Notes: a model not told the origin generated them from the letters alone. DNA of 64,000 bases from the human T2T-CHM13v2.0 reference genome, Homo sapiens (GCF_009914755.1 NC_060932.1), one strand, 5' to 3'; numbered from the stretch's first letter, positions 13,781 to 31,430 are shown. Program-made: numbers and translations.

Positions 13781-14148
13781 TGCTATGGACTGAATTGTGT
13801 TGTCCCGCCTCCAAAAATTCATATATTGAAGTCCTAAACACCAATGTGATTGTATCTAGAGATAGAGTTTTTAGAAGGTAATTAAGACTGAATTAGGTCA
13901 TAAGGATCAGGCCTTGATCTGATAGTACTGAAGAATAAAGAGAAATCTTGTTATTTCTGTCTGCCATGTGAGGACACAGCAAGAAGGCACTGTCTGCAAG
14001 CTAGGAAGAGGGCCCTCACCAGAAAATGAATCAACTGGCACCTTGACTTGGACTTCTCAAACTCCAGAACCATGAGAAAATACATTTCTGTTGTTTAAGC
14101 CACCCAATCTATGGTATTTGGTTATGGCAGTCCAAGAAGAATAAGACA
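13781..14148 (+). mobile_element. MLT1A-type MaLR solo LTR
   Basis: TGCTATGGACTGAATTGTG...TTTCTGTTGTTTAAGCCACC...TAAGACA. Confidence 0.85.
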
Positions 14149-16489
14149 CACAATTGGAGGTGACAAGATGAAAGAGCCAATAAGCTAAAATATTAGATGG
14201 GTCAGCCATTGGGTGTGAATGTCATCAAGAATAATGATGAAATAAGGAGGAGAGAAACTCACTGAGTCCAGAGCCAAAGCCTTTCGTGAATCAGGTGGGT
14301 TTCCCAAGATGCCAGTAGATTATAACAACTAACTTGGATATCAAATGGTATAGCCTGGTGTCATTAACTTCTAAGGAATTCTAGTTTTTAAAGGAGGAAG
14401 GAAAAAAATGGTTGGATGCAGCAAAGCAAGGAAGACAGTTATCTCTTTGTACTAAGTTACTTGAGGTGTGAGAACTCAGGGTTACACGGGACAAAGGACT
14501 AAAAGTTGGGGCAGGATGGGGAAGTATGAGAGATGGGACCAGACTGGGAATGAGTGTCCTGAGTCAGCCAATGGCCTGAAAAGCTTGGACTGCTAATGAT
14601 GGCAGAGGTAAATAGAGAGATGAGGCATGGGGAGAAAGTTGGCAAAAAAATATGTAATCTTTGGTCCTGAATCTATGGCTCAATGGCTATGGTTACTGCT
14701 CACTTTCTGCATCTCTCCAAGATGCAGAAGGCTGGTAGGGATGCCTTTACTGGGGGCATGAGCTGCACTGAATCTCCTGTGCACACTCACACACCTAAGA
14801 CTTTGCCAAGCTATTTTGAATTTGGTAATTCCCCTCCAACCAACTCATCATTCATTATTCAAGTCAAAATTCACCTTCTCTTTGAGCCATTTCCAATCAC
14901 CATTTTTTATATACTCACACCTTAAACAGAACAAAGTAGGTATTGAACCTCCAGCATTCTCATAGTTTCCTGCTCATGAACTAGTTTTAGATCATACTAT
15001 AATGTAATTACTTATTTATATGTTTGTTTACCTTACTCTAATAAGAGCTATTTAAGCACAGAGGTTATCTTAATTGTTATTCCTAGCAATTGGCAGAGTG
15101 TCTGTCTCACGTGTATTTCATCAGTAAGTACTGGTTGAAAGAATGAAAATTACAACTTTATTAGTCTATTACCTACTTTGTGAGGTTGGACTTCCTCTTA
15201 TTTACTGTACTGACCTTGTTCAAGTTTCAGAGACTGCTCCTAAAACTAGCATTTTGAGATTGGCTGACAAATCCATTTTATCTTATTCAGGTGATTTTGA
15301 ATTATGTGTGCTCTGTTGATACGTGACTTTCCAATCCACACACTGACAAACTGAAGATGCCCTACTTTGTGGCTTGTTTTGTCAGTGAAGTTTCTCTTCC
15401 CATTGTTTCAGCCACTTCAGTTGCCCTTCTCCAGACAATATAGACTCCTTTTCTTTCATTGCTTAAAAGGCGATGTTTGTCTAACAATAAACAATCCAGA
15501 AGCAAAATTAAGAAAACAATTCCATTTACAATAGCATCAAGAAGAATAAAATACTTAGGGATTAATATAACCAAGGAGGTGAAAGATTTGTATTAAATCT
15601 TTAAATGAAAAACTTTAAAACATTGCTGAAAAAAATTAAAGAAGACATAAATAATAGAAACACATCCCATGTTCATGAATTTGAAGAATTAGTATTAAGA
15701 TGCCATTATACCCAAAGCAATCTGCAAATTTCATGCAATCCCTATCACAATCCCAGTGATGTTTTTTTCCAGAAATAGAAGACTCTACCCTAAAATTTAT
15801 ATAGGATATCAAAGAACTTTAAATAGCCAAGACAATCTTGAAAAAGAAGAACAAAGCGGACAGACTCACACTTCCTGATTTCAAAACTTACTACAAATCT
15901 ACAGTAATTAAAACAGCATATATTGGTATAAAGAAAGACAGATAGACCAATGGAATAAAATGGAGAGCCCAGAAATAAGCCCTTATGTACATGGTCAAAT
16001 GATTTTTGACAAGGGTGACAAGACCATTCAATAGGGAGGGAAAAGATAATCTTTTCAATAAATAATGCCGGGAAAATGGGATATCCACATGCAAAAGAAT
16101 CAGGTTGGACCCTTAACTAACACCATATACAAACAAATCACTCAAATGGATGAAAAGCATCAATGTGAGACATAACACTTCTTGAAAGAAAACATAGAGC
16201 AAAAACTTTATGACATTGTGTTCAGCAGTAATATCTTGGCTATGACATGAAAGGCATAGACAGCAAAAGAAAAAAAAGACAAATTGGACTTCATAAAAAT
16301 TGAAAAATTTTATGTATCAAAAGACACTATCAGCAGAATAAGACAACCCACAATTTGGAAGAAATATTTGCAAATTGTAAGTCTAATAAGAGATTAATAT
16401 TCAAAATATATAGAGAACTCCTAAAAGTCAAAAAGACACCAAAAAAAAAAAAAACCCAAACAACCTGATTTTAAAATATGCAAAAAGGA

Positions 16490-16789
16490 ATTTTTTTTTT
16501 TTTTTGAAATGGAGTTTTCTTTCTTGTCGACCAGGCTGGAAGTGCAGCGGCGTGATCTCGGTTCACCGCAACCACCACCTCCTCGGTTCAGCAATTCTCC
16601 TGCCTCAGCCTTCCGAGTAGCTGGGATTACAGGAATGCACCAACCACGCCTGGCTAATTTTGTATTTTTAGTAGAGAGGGAGTTTCTCCATGTTGGTCAG
16701 GCTGGTCTCAAACTCCCGACCTCAGGTGATCTGCCCACCTCAGCCCTCCAAAGTGCTGGGATTACAGGCGTGAGCCACTGCGCCAGGCT
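16490..16789 (-). mobile_element. Alu (AluS)
   Basis: Antisense dimer; TSD-like GCAAA(A)..GAA. Confidence 0.9.
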
Positions 16790-16955
16790 GCAAAGAACTT
16801 TAATAGACAATTCCCTAAAGATGATATACAAACGGCCAATAACCACATGAAAAGGTGTTCAGTATCATTAATCAGTAGAGAAATTCAAATTAAAACCACA
16901 ATGAGATACCTCACATGTAGTAAGACAGGTATTATTAAAAAAAAAAAAAAAAAAG

Positions 16956-17590
<635 letters not shown>

Positions 17591-18659
17591 GATTTTGAAT
17601 GAAAACAACCCCAGAAAATTAGTGTTGGCAAGGAGGTGGATAAATTGGAACCACTGTGCACTGTTGGTGGGAATGTAAAATGGTACAGCTGCAGTGGAAA
17701 ATAGAATGGTGGTTCCTCAAAAATTAAAAATATAATTACAATATAATTCAGCAATTTCACTTCTGGATATATACTGCAAAGAACTGAAAGCAGAACCTCG
17801 AAGAGATATTTATACACCCACATTCACAGCAGTATTATTCACAACAGCTAAAATATGAAAGCAATACAAGGGTTCACTGAAAGTATTCACTTTGAATAAA
17901 CAAAATGCGGTACGGTATTACATACAATGGAATATTATTCAGCTTTAAAAAAGAAGAAAATTCGGATACACGCTACAATATGGGTGAAACTTGAGGTCAT
18001 TGTACTAAATGAAATAAGCCTGTCAAAAAAAAAATAACTGTATAATTCTATTTAAATAAGGTACTTAGTGTCATCAAAATCATAAAGCTGGAAAATAGAA
18101 TGGATGTTGCCAGAGGCTGAGAGGAGATAATAGTGGGGAGTTATTGTTTAATGGGTACAGAGTTTCAGTTTTATCAGATGGAAGAGTTCTGGAGATGGAT
18201 AGTGGCAGTGGTTGTACAACAATGTGAATGCACTTAATGTCACTGAACTGTATATTTAAAAATGGTTGAAATGGTAATTTTAATGTGACATGTATTTTAC
18301 CACATGTGGCCTTAACATTTAAGAGATTTTAGTTGCAAAATAAAGAAGACCTTTTTTGGATCATTGAAGATGGTCATAAATAATGTGTTTATTTAAAGGG
18401 TATTGGCAAATGAAAGGTACAAAATAAAAGTAAGGGATGTATGTACTATCTGTCTCTAGATACATAAAGAGTGTGGAAATTAGAACAGAAGCCTTAAAAT
18501 AATATATTTAGGACAAAATGAGACATACATCTCTGCTTGAGCACTGACTGATGAATAAGATATCCAGTGAAGACGTTGAAGTTATAGCATATTACTTTTA
18601 AAATTACATAAATTACTTTTGAGAATAATGAAACTTCCTCAGAATGCTGCCAACAAACG

Positions 18660-19595
18660 AAGAAGGCAGAACGGTAGATCTCCAAAGATGTCCACACCTG
18701 AATTCTCAAATCCTGTGAATACTTACCTTACATGGTGTGAACCCTGAATGGTTCAATCCCTCAGAATGAATCCTGAGTGGCTAACCGTGCTTAAATTCAA
18801 ATTAAAGCCAAGCAGCCATTTGCTGACTAGAGGTCACACATGTACTTTGAACTCCCAGAAAACCCACACATCTGCTTAACTTTGGGAACTTCATAGTTGG
18901 CTGTTCCTGTTTACATCCCCATGAACCAATCAATAGGCTGTGACCTGGTTTGACCAATCAGAACTCAGCAAATGCCAACCAATCAAAAGTAAGCAAGTTT
19001 GAATTCTTTATTTGCATAAGTAGACTTGAGTGGGAACCTAAGTAAGAACTATCTCAATAAAAGACAAACTTTCTCTTTGTTCTCTAGAACACACCTTCAG
19101 TTTACACCAAAGGCTGTGTCTCCCTGGTTTGCAAACTGTTCATTGGAATAAAGTCCTTTTTAAATTTATTTTTCAAGAATTTTGATTCACATGGGGAAAA
19201 GAGACTTAGCAAATATGGTTAAGGAATTTGAGATGAGGAGATTAATCTGGAATATCTGGGTGCGCTCAATCAAATCACACGGATCTTTTCCTACTATGGT
19301 CAGAGAGAGACATGACTATGGAGAGAGAACCAGAAAGGTGGCAGTGTGAAGAGTCAATCCAGCTGTGCTGACGTTGAAGACAGAGGAAGGAGGTCTTGAG
19401 CTGAGGTGTGCAGGCATCTTCCAGTTGGAAAAACCAAAGAAACAGATTTTCTCCTAGATCCTCTAGAGAAGAACACAGCCCTGCCAACACCTTGTTTGTA
19501 GCTCAGTGAGACCCTACACAATGGTAAAATAATAAATTGTGCCGTGTTAAGTAATTATATTTATAGTAATTTGATACAGCAACCATAACTATTAT
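18660..19595 (+). mobile_element. MLT1D/E-type MaLR LTR interrupted by another LTR
   Basis: CCAAAGATGTCCAC..CCTGTGAAT..TTACATGG | ..GAGATGAGGAGATT..CAGCCCTGCCAACACCTTG.. Confidence 0.7.
18736..19189 (+). mobile_element. Solo LTR (possibly LTR47-like), nested in MLT1
   Basis: TG..CA termini, 5-bp TSD CATGG (18731-18735, 19190-19194), three CCAAT boxes, AATAAA at 19147. Confidence 0.7.
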
Positions 19596-19749
19596 AGGAC
19601 AGTATGGAAGTGGTAATGGGATTGTTTTTGAGAAAGAACAATTAAAAACCAGGCTAAGAGTTGTAATCGAAATGGGCAATGTGAAAGTGAATTTAGCACA
19701 TGCACTACTTTTTATTATTCTCTTCCTAGATAGGTCTAATGAATACTTA

Positions 19750-20124
<375 letters not shown>

Positions 20125-20257
20125 TTAACAAGAAAATGAAAGTGGGCAGAAGAAATGATTTACCTGCAGAAAGATCTGATCATGATTCCTGGTCATTTAT
20201 ACTAGGAATCATGACCTATGATCATGTTTTCCAATCACTAAGAAATTCTCTTTCTAG

Positions 20258-20573
<316 letters not shown>

Positions 20574-20601
20574 CTAAGACTCTAAAGTAGCAACCTCTGA
20601 A

Positions 20602-20606
20602 CATGC

Positions 20607-20637
<31 letters not shown>

Positions 20638-20648
20638 CACGCACACAG
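20602..20648. repeat. Alternating purine-pyrimidine tract with (TG)n
   Basis: CATGCGCGCACG(TG)nCACGCACACA seen directly. Confidence 0.9.
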
Positions 20649-20699
20649 ATAGCTTTAAGCAAAAATCGGAATTTTAAAAAATCTGTATATACCATTATG

Positions 20700-21712
<1,013 letters not shown>

Positions 21713-23049
21713 AAATAAACAAAACTATGAGTACATTCTAGAATCCAGAAGCTTCCGACAGAGCTTTTGAGAAATACATGTCTTATTTGACATACCTGTC
21801 ATTTCAGGAAAGGGTAAAAATATCACAGTCCTGAAAACAATTCTAATTATCCACATGACTGGCCAGATTTCTGACTGTTTTGATAACCTGAGTCTTAAAT
21901 GTATCACTTCAATATAAAAGAGATTTTGCTAACTATAAGTAATAAATGGTGCAAAAGTAGGAAAGACATCTTGGCCCTTTGCTACAAGAGAAAATGATAC
22001 CTTATTAAAAAAAGAGAAAAGAAAAATGAATGGAGATTGTTATGAGAAGGTAAAAGTTTTGGGACCATCCTGGAGAAAATAGCCACTAAGAAACTTGGTG
22101 ATGAACACAATAACAGACCGTGAAAAGAAAAGACGGATTTCTAACTTGGCTGAAGGGATATATTTGGAACAAGAAAAGTAATGTGCTAACTAAAATAGAG
22201 CCTCAAGTTTAAGAAACATTCTTTATTCCTGTAGCTTTTGTGGAGCACACAATGTAAATAAGCAGAGAAACATATTTTTTATCCATATAATTTTTCATCC
22301 ATATAATTTTTCAACTGTCACATCTAGACCAGCTTCAGGGCCATGGTGACAAATAATAGCTCTTGATCTGACAATCCGTAATGTGGAGAGCTCACATATG
22401 GAGAACTAGGAGTTTATTTTATATCATTTAATTTTCTCTCTCTATCCAGCAGGGAAAATGTTTCAGATATTTTCCCGAGTAAATGATCATGTTCCCCGGC
22501 TACAATTCTAGAGGAACGGTATTTTAATGCTCATTAACTGAGCCACGACTCCCTCAACACTGCAGCTGCAGCAGCTACATGCAGGAGCTCTGTGGGCTGA
22601 AATGCAGCTCTGGCCCGAGAGGCATGTCACTTTCTCCACTGCTACACACTGTGCCATCACAACGATCACGGTCTGTGGTGATCCAGATGGGTGGTGATGG
22701 CTTGAGCTTTCTGATGCTGTTGTATCACTGGCTATTTGTTTTACTACTCATTCACTATGTTCTTTCAGCCTAGTGTCTCATAAATTAGTAATTTTGAAAA
22801 ATAACAAAGCCCTTTTATTGGATTAAGCGTCTATTCTCTCCAAGTGAGTGACTGTAGATTAAAAATGATATGACTTAATAGTGATTGCATTGTAACAATT
22901 GTTACTACGTCGAGTTAAATTTGACTTTAGGATGCAAGTATAGAGGAGGCTTGTGCGGTTATGACAAGCAGAGTCTAATGTGTCTTTCTCATAGAACACC
23001 AATTTCCTTTTGAGGACTGTCATGTCTCATTGGATTTAGTCTGCTGGAA

Positions 23050-23419
23050 CTGTTTGTTAGTCAGACATTTTTGCTTCAGCAAGCTGATGGTTGGGCACAT
23101 AACCCAAGCTATGCCAACTGATGTATCATCCACAAGATTTAAATCTTGAGTGGAGTGGCAGAGACTAAGAAGGGCCAAGTTGATTTATTTTAGCAGTACT
23201 GCCCAGGAAGAACTGTTCTTGCTACCACACCATTCCTGTTCTTGTTTACTAGTCCCTTGAGATACCTGGGTTCCTGCCCCTTCAAACCCCACTTGTCCAG
23301 CCTGCTGATTGATTCTGTGTACTCCTAAGAGCTTTCCAGATAACTTCAGTTTTGCTTAAGTTAGCCAGAACCCCAACATCTGGTTTTTGGCTTGTAACCA
23401 GAGAACCCCAATGTAAACA
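23050..23419 (+). mobile_element. Old ERVL-class LTR (LTR33-like)
   Basis: TTTTGCTTAAGTTAGCCAGA..GCTTGTAACCAGAGAACC 3' end. Confidence 0.5.
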
Positions 23420-24060
23420 AGTGTCCATATATGTGTCATTGTATTTAAACTTGCTGAAAGGCTTTGTAATTGTATGCTACACAAAGAACATTAGCCTTAG
23501 CTGTGTGTAAGAGAGTGATTGCATGAATACCCCAAAGTTCCTTCAAGACTTCAAGCATCCAGTGAAACGAAGGAATTAATTCTACAATCACGGGAAGAAT
23601 ACTTACTTTGTGCCCTATGCCAGACATTGGAAATATGGAGATAAGACTAAAATGGTTGCTTGTCTTCAAAGGACTTATAATGTAGTAAATAGTCATGCAC
23701 ACACAAACAATTAAATATAACCCATGTGATAAGTAGTACAATAAAGATATGAGCAAAGGACCGTGCAAGCCCAGAAGCAGCAGCAGCAATTTCCTTCTGC
23801 CAAGTAGTTCAAGGAGTTGGACCCAAAATAATTGGGATTTCTCCAGCTGGACAGGGAGAGGAAGGTAACTCAGGCAGCACGAACATAGGGAGATTAACAC
23901 AGGTTCACAACAGACCTGTGGCCTGTTTGGGGGAAGAACAAGAGGCTCACACTGGTTTAATGCAGAATACACAAGGAGAGAGGGTGACGGGGCATCTGTG
24001 GGCATGGATGCAGGAGTGATGATCAGTTTTGCGTTTATGCAATTGGCTGGGGAGAACCTT

Positions 24061-25295
<1,235 letters not shown>

Positions 25296-26046
25296 CATTA
25301 CTGGTGATGCCACTAAAGAAGGCAAGAAACACAGGATAACGTGCACATTTGGGAGAAGGAAATCATGATTCTGTTTAGGGTGGGAAAATATCCTAGCCAC
25401 TGGGAACTTCTGAGACACCTGGAATGCAAGCAGAGGAAAACAGCGGGTCAGCCTGCCCCGAGTGTCCTGGGTGGCAGCTAGGAGAGAGAGAGAGCCTTGA
25501 GACTGCTCTGGTGTCATGGTTGCCCATCTCTGATGTGGTGCGTGGATCATTGGGCCATATTTTCACTCTTGTACCTAAGGTAGCATGTTGTAGGCCCTGA
25601 GCAGATATTTGATGAACAGATATGTTGCCAAGGTCTTGAATCTTACCCTCTTTTCTTTGGTTAGCTACAGATAATTCTAATCACGTAGGCCTCACGAGGC
25701 AGACTGTCTATTTTTCTTATGTTGGTGGTGTCCCAGGCTCTTGATTTTAAATTTTAGTAGACTTCAACTTGAGCCATTGAGAATTATGTAATTAACTTCA
25801 TTTTGCTTCCATTATGGTTTTTAATTGATACTCGTTAACACAGCAACTGATGCAGAATAGAGTGGGCAGTTACTCGGGCCCTCGGGGGCTCCCGGTTCAT
25901 CCGTGTGAGCTATCTGGCTCAAAGAGCTAATAATAGTGTGAGGATACATTCTGTCCACAGAGTGTATGGTGGGTACCAGAAACCAGAATAAAAGCTGTTT
26001 TGTGGCAATAGTGTCCCCAGCAGCTTGGTCTTGGTTTCTGTACTCA

Positions 26047-26507
26047 TAGGGGAGGAGACCACCACTCATATTGTCTTATGCCCAATTTCTGCCTCCAAAA
26101 AAAGAAAAAGTGAAAACTAAAAGGCAGAAATGAAATCCACAAGCAGACAGCCCTGCGCCACACCCTGAGCCTGGTAGTTAAAGATGGACCCCTGACTTAA
26201 TTGGTTATGCTATCTATAGATTACAGACATTGTATAGAAAAGCACTGTGAAAATCCCTATCCTGTTTTGTTTTGATCTAAATACCGGTGCATACAGCCCC
26301 CAGTCACGTACCCCCTGCTTGCTCAATCAATCACGACCCTCTCACAGGACCCCCTTAGAGTTGTGAGCCCTTAAAAGGGACAGGAATTGCTCACTCGGGT
26401 AGCTCGGCTCTTGAGACAGGAGTCTTGCCGATGCCCCCGGCCGAATAAGCCCCTTCCTTCTTTAACTCGGTGTCTGAGGAGTTTTGTCTGTGGCTCCTCC
26501 TGCTACA
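26047..26507 (+). mobile_element. 5' LTR (LTR2 family)
   Basis: TAGGGGAGGAGACCACC..CTCATATTGTCTTATGCCCAATTTCTGCC...CCTGCTACA. Confidence 0.92.
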
Positions 26508-26512
26508 TTTCT

Positions 26513-26530
26513 TGGTTTCCTGACTGGGAA
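26513..26530 (+). promoter_or_regulatory. Primer-binding site for tRNA-Glu
   Basis: TGGTTTCCTGACTGGGAA, 16/18 match to TGGTTCCCTGACCGGGAA, just after the 5' LTR. Confidence 0.85.
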
Positions 26531-26883
26531 GCGAGATGATTGGTGGAAGGTTGAGGCAGCTCTTCAGGTGGCTTAAGCCTGCCCTGTGGAACATCCCTAC
26601 GGGGGACTCTGATCAGCTGGAGTGACGCGGATCCTGAGAGCGCTCCCCGGTAGGCAATTGCCCCTGTGGGACGCCTCGCCAGAGCAGTGTGTGGCAGGCC
26701 CCCGTGGAGGATCAACACAGTGGCTGAACACTGGGAAGGAATGGGCACTTGGAGTCTGGACATCTAAAACTTGGTAAGACTAGTCTTTGAAACTTGCCCA
26801 CTCCATTTGAGTTGAAGCGTGGCCCGATCACCCACGGCATGCCTTTATCCGCACTTTGGTTTTGGTTTTGGTTTTGGTTTTGA

Positions 26884-27275
<392 letters not shown>

Positions 27276-27614
27276 CATGGCATGCCTTTATCAGCATTTT
27301 GGTTTTGGATTTGACTTGGTTTGAATTGCTTGACAGGGCTGGTCTTGGGAACTTGCCTACTCCATTTGAGTGGAAGCATGGCCTGATCACCCACAGTGTG
27401 CCTGTACCAGCACTTTGGTTTTTGTTTTTGACTTGACTTGGATTGCTTGATACTTTGGTTTTGGTTTTGACCTGGCTTGGATTTCTGGATACTCTGATTT
27501 TGGTTTTGATTTTGGTTTGGTGCAAACTGCAAAACTGTGTGTGTGCCCTTTTTACCCATTCTTTGTTTTGTGGTTTGCGTGTGGTATGGGCGTGGTATTT
27601 TGTCTCAAAGAAGC

Positions 27615-27909
27615 ATAGGTCAGGCACAAATAAGCCCACCCTACTAGGAACTATGTTGAAAAATTTCAGAAAAGAATTTAAAGGAGACTATGGAGTACTA
27701 TGACACTAGGAAAACTGAAAACTTTGTGTAAGATAGACTGGCCAGCATTAGAGGTAGGTTGGCCATTAGAAGGAAGCCTGGACAGGTCCCTTGTTTCAAA
27801 GGCATGGCACAAGGTAGCCTGTAAGCCAGGGAACCCAGACCAGTTCCCGTACATAGACATTTGGTTACAGCTGGTTTTAAACCCCTTGCCCCCAACACAC
27901 AGTGGTTGA
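27615..27909 (+). pseudogene. gag: Gammaretroviral gag matrix fragment (HERV-E-like)
   Basis: KLKTLCKIDWPALEVGWPLEGSLD..HKV..PGNPDQFPYIDIW; frameshifted and truncated. Confidence 0.8.
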
Positions 27910-29399
27910 GAGAACAGCAGCGTAAGCGGCTGGCAGAGGCAAGGAGAGACCAGCAGAGAGAAAGAGAAAGGAAAGAGACAGAGAGAAAAAGAGGCAAAGA
28001 GAGAGAGGAAGAGATAGAGAAGAAGAGACAGACAAACAGGGAGTCAAGGAGAGAGAGAGAAAAAAAGAGAGAGGTAGAGAGAGAAGAGACAGAGGCAAAA
28101 GGAAAGTCAAAGAGAGAGAGACAAAGTCAAAGAGAGAAAGAAAGAGAGAGATATACAAGTAGTTAAAAAAAAGTGTACCCTATTCCTTTAAAAACCAAGG
28201 TAAATTTAAAACCTATAATTGATAATTGAAGGTATTCTCCATAACCCTATAATACTCCAATACCACTTTGTTTTCAGTGTAAACAAGGGCATATCCTGAA
28301 AGCACTGAGGCCTTCGTATCAAAAATCCTTAACTCAGTAACCCGCGGATGGCCCAAATGCATTTAATCTGTAGCGGCAACTGCTTTGCTAACCAAAAAAA
28401 AAAAAAAAAAAAAAGGTAAAAAAAATAACTTATAGAGGAAACCTCATTGTGAGCACACACCTCACCAGTTCAGAAGTATCCTAAAGAAAAAAAAAAGGAA
28501 AAAAAGGAGGGGCAGAATTTATATAAAAAGAGTATTATGTGATAAATTCTTGTCCTGAAATAAATTAACTGGTTGTTTAAAGAAAGAAATATTTGTAATA
28601 AGTCAAAAAGTTGAGGCATGTCCAAGAATTGTCTGCGAAAGTCATGAAAGAAAAAAATATTATAAAAAAGAGTTTACGCAAAAAATGTGGTATAATTTAA
28701 AAGTAACCAGGCCTCCTGAGTGTAAAACTATTGAAAAAAAACAAACAGTTTATGTGCAAGGTGTATAAGAAAAGTAAAATATACGTTTGGTAAAAGGATT
28801 ATAAGGTGGCATAAGAATGTACATTTTTACCTACATTAAAAAGTTAAAAAAATTATTGTTTTGAAGGTTTAAGAGAGTTTTAAAACGTTAATTGTAAAGA
28901 AAATTCTGTGTGTAAACATATTAGCTAAAGTTAAAGAAGTATCACCCAGTTTTTCTGTGAAGTGGACATTAAAGTAAAAGCATAACAGGTTTTTCTTAAA
29001 GCACCAACCTGCTCTTTAGCAAAAATTATAAAAAGTTAAAAAGAGTCTATAAAATCTTACCTTATGGTCAAACATTAAAAATTAGATAAATATGTCTACA
29101 AGTTTTTATTAAAATTAGATTTAACATTAATAACAATAATATAAAGATAAAATTTAGCTTATCTGGTATAAAAATCATATGAGAAGCGTTGCTAAATGTA
29201 AAACGGTATTTGGCTTTCTTTGGTTTAAAAACTAACAAAAATATGTGCTAAAGGAAATTTCTCAGTAAAAAGGCACTAAGGACTATAAAGTCCACTACCA
29301 AGGTCCCCACATTTAAAACAAAAGGTCAATTTCTTAAAAATCATATACTTGGTTTATCTTCCACTTTCCTTTCTCTCAAAAACTAAAAGTCTTTTAGCA

Positions 29400-30870
29400 C
29401 ATGTACCACCCCTAGAATTTCCGGTAAACCAGCACCAGCCTGAAGATCACATTCTCATCAAAGGGTGGAAGAAAGAAAAACTTGAGCCAGCCTGGGAAGG
29501 ACCCTACCTTGTGCTGCTAACCACCAAGACTGCTGTTCGTACAGCAAAAAAAAAAAAAAAAAAAAAAGAATGGACTCATCACATGATCACATGCAAGTCA
29601 AGAAAGCGCCACCCCCTCCAGAGTCCTGGGCCATAGTCCCAGCAGAAAACCCTACCAAACTAAAGCTAAGAAAAATTTAACTCTTTTCATCTATTCTATT
29701 ACTCTTCCTTCTTTTCTCATTCTATTGCTGACCATCTAGTTACTAACATAACCAAGTCAATTTTGCCTCAAACTATTGCATTTAATGCTTGCCTTGTTAT
29801 ACCCTGTGAGGACTTGCCAAGTCAAAGACAGCTTTCTACCTCAGAAAAGTACTTCTGTCCCTCCTGACTCTTCTCAGACTGGGCATTAGTAAACTAGGAC
29901 CATTTAATCTGGGGAGATGTCGATAAAGACCCCAGTGCCAACCAGGATTCTTGCCCCCCGATGTAGAGCTTTCATGCCATAGTTGGTCCAATGTTCTGTG
30001 GACCACTAAAGATCAAGGATGGACTGCCCCAACTGGTTTTTGTAATTTCCTAAAACCATACATTCATTTTACTAGAGGATCATAGAAGTTAAAGACTTAA
30101 AACAAACTTTAGCAATTGAGACAGGATACCAAGATGCAAATGCCTGGTTAAAATGGATCAAATATTCCATCTGCACATTAAACAAAAGCAATTGTTATGC
30201 TTGTGCACATGGCAGACCAGAGGCCCCGATTGTCCCCTTTCCACTAAGGTGGTCCTCCAGTCGACCAGGCATAGGCTGCATGGTAGTTCTTTTCCAGGAT
30301 TCTAGAGCCTGGAGTAATAAGTCATGCCAAGCTCTCTCTGCTATATCCCAAAGTCCAGCACCCTGCAGGTCAGCCCCCGAAGGCCATCCAGCCTCCGTCT
30401 CCCAACACTAAGTTCACTTCATGTCTCTCACGGCAGGGAGGAAACTTAGCGTTCCTTGGAGATCTGAAAGGTTGCAGTGAGCTTAAGAATTTTCAAGAGC
30501 TTATCAATCAGTCAGCCCTTGTTCATCCCTGAGCGGATGTGTGGTGGTATTGTGGTGGACCTTTACTGGGCACTCTGCTGAATAAGTGGAGCGGCACTTG
30601 TACTTTAGTCCAGTTGGCTATCCCTTTCACCCTGGCATTTCATCAGCCAGAAGGAAAAAAAAATAAGGTATCATAAAGCAAGAAAAGCCCCTTATGGGTC
30701 TTTCTACTCTCATGTCTATTTAGACGCAATTGGAGTCCCACGAGGAATACCAGATTAATTTAAAGCTTGAAATCAAATAGCTGCAGGATTTGAGTCAATA
30801 TTTTGGTGGGTGACAGTTAATGAAAATGTAGATTAGATAAACTACATCTATTACAACCAACAGCAACGAG
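29400..30870 (+). pseudogene. Integrase C-terminal remnant followed by a deleted env-like segment (HERV-I-like)
   Basis: PPLEFPV..LEPAWEGPYLVLLTT (GPY motif); later WSGTCTLVQLAIPFTLAF and YLDAIGVPRGIP..NQIAAGFESIFWW; many stops. Confidence 0.65.
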
Positions 30871-30889
30871 CTTTCATGAGTTAAAAGAA

Positions 30890-31430
30890 AAACTCATGTC
30901 GGCCCCAGCCCTGAGGCTACCTGACCTGACTAAACTCTTTACACTCTATGTGTCAGAAAGAGAAAAAAAGGCAGTTGGAGTTTTAACCCAGACTGTGGGG
31001 CTGGCCAATGCCAGTGGCCTATCTCTCAAAACAACTAGACAGGGTTTCCAAAGGCTGGCCCCCAGGTCTAAGGGCCCTAGCAGCAATGGCCCTGTTAGCA
31101 CAAGAAGCAGATAAACTAACGCTTAGGCAAAACCTGAATATGAAGGCCCCCCCATGCTGTGGTAACTTTAATGACTACCAAAGGACATCATTGGTTAACA
31201 AATGCTAGATTAACCAAGTACCAAAGCTTGCTATGTGAAAATCCGCACATAACCACTGAAGTTTGCAACACCCTAAACCCCGCCACCTTGCTCCTGGTAT
31301 CAGAGAGCCCAGTTAAACACAACTGTGTAGAGGTGTTGGACTCAGTTTATTCTAGCAGGCCCAACCTCCAAGACCATCCTTAATCATCAGTAGACTGTGA
31401 GCGGTACATGGACGGGAGCAGCTTCGCCAA
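30890..31430 (+). pseudogene. pol: pol RT-connection/RNase H remnant
   Basis: APALRLPDLTKLFTLYV..PVAYLSKQLD..GWPP..HWLTNARLTKYQSLL..LNPATLL; frameshifted. Confidence 0.8.

Noticed and set aside
22480-22780. GC-richer unique patch, possible exon or enhancer (also 36500-37500 and 57420-57600)
   Set aside because: No convincing splice-site pair, ORF or motif cluster; cannot be supported from sequence alone
23445-24005. 186-aa hydrophobic ORF
   Set aside because: Lies over probable decayed L2 sequence; no recognisable domain or splice support
27861-28166. Charged R/E/K-rich ORF (also 39546-39749)
   Set aside because: Translation of GA-rich low-complexity DNA
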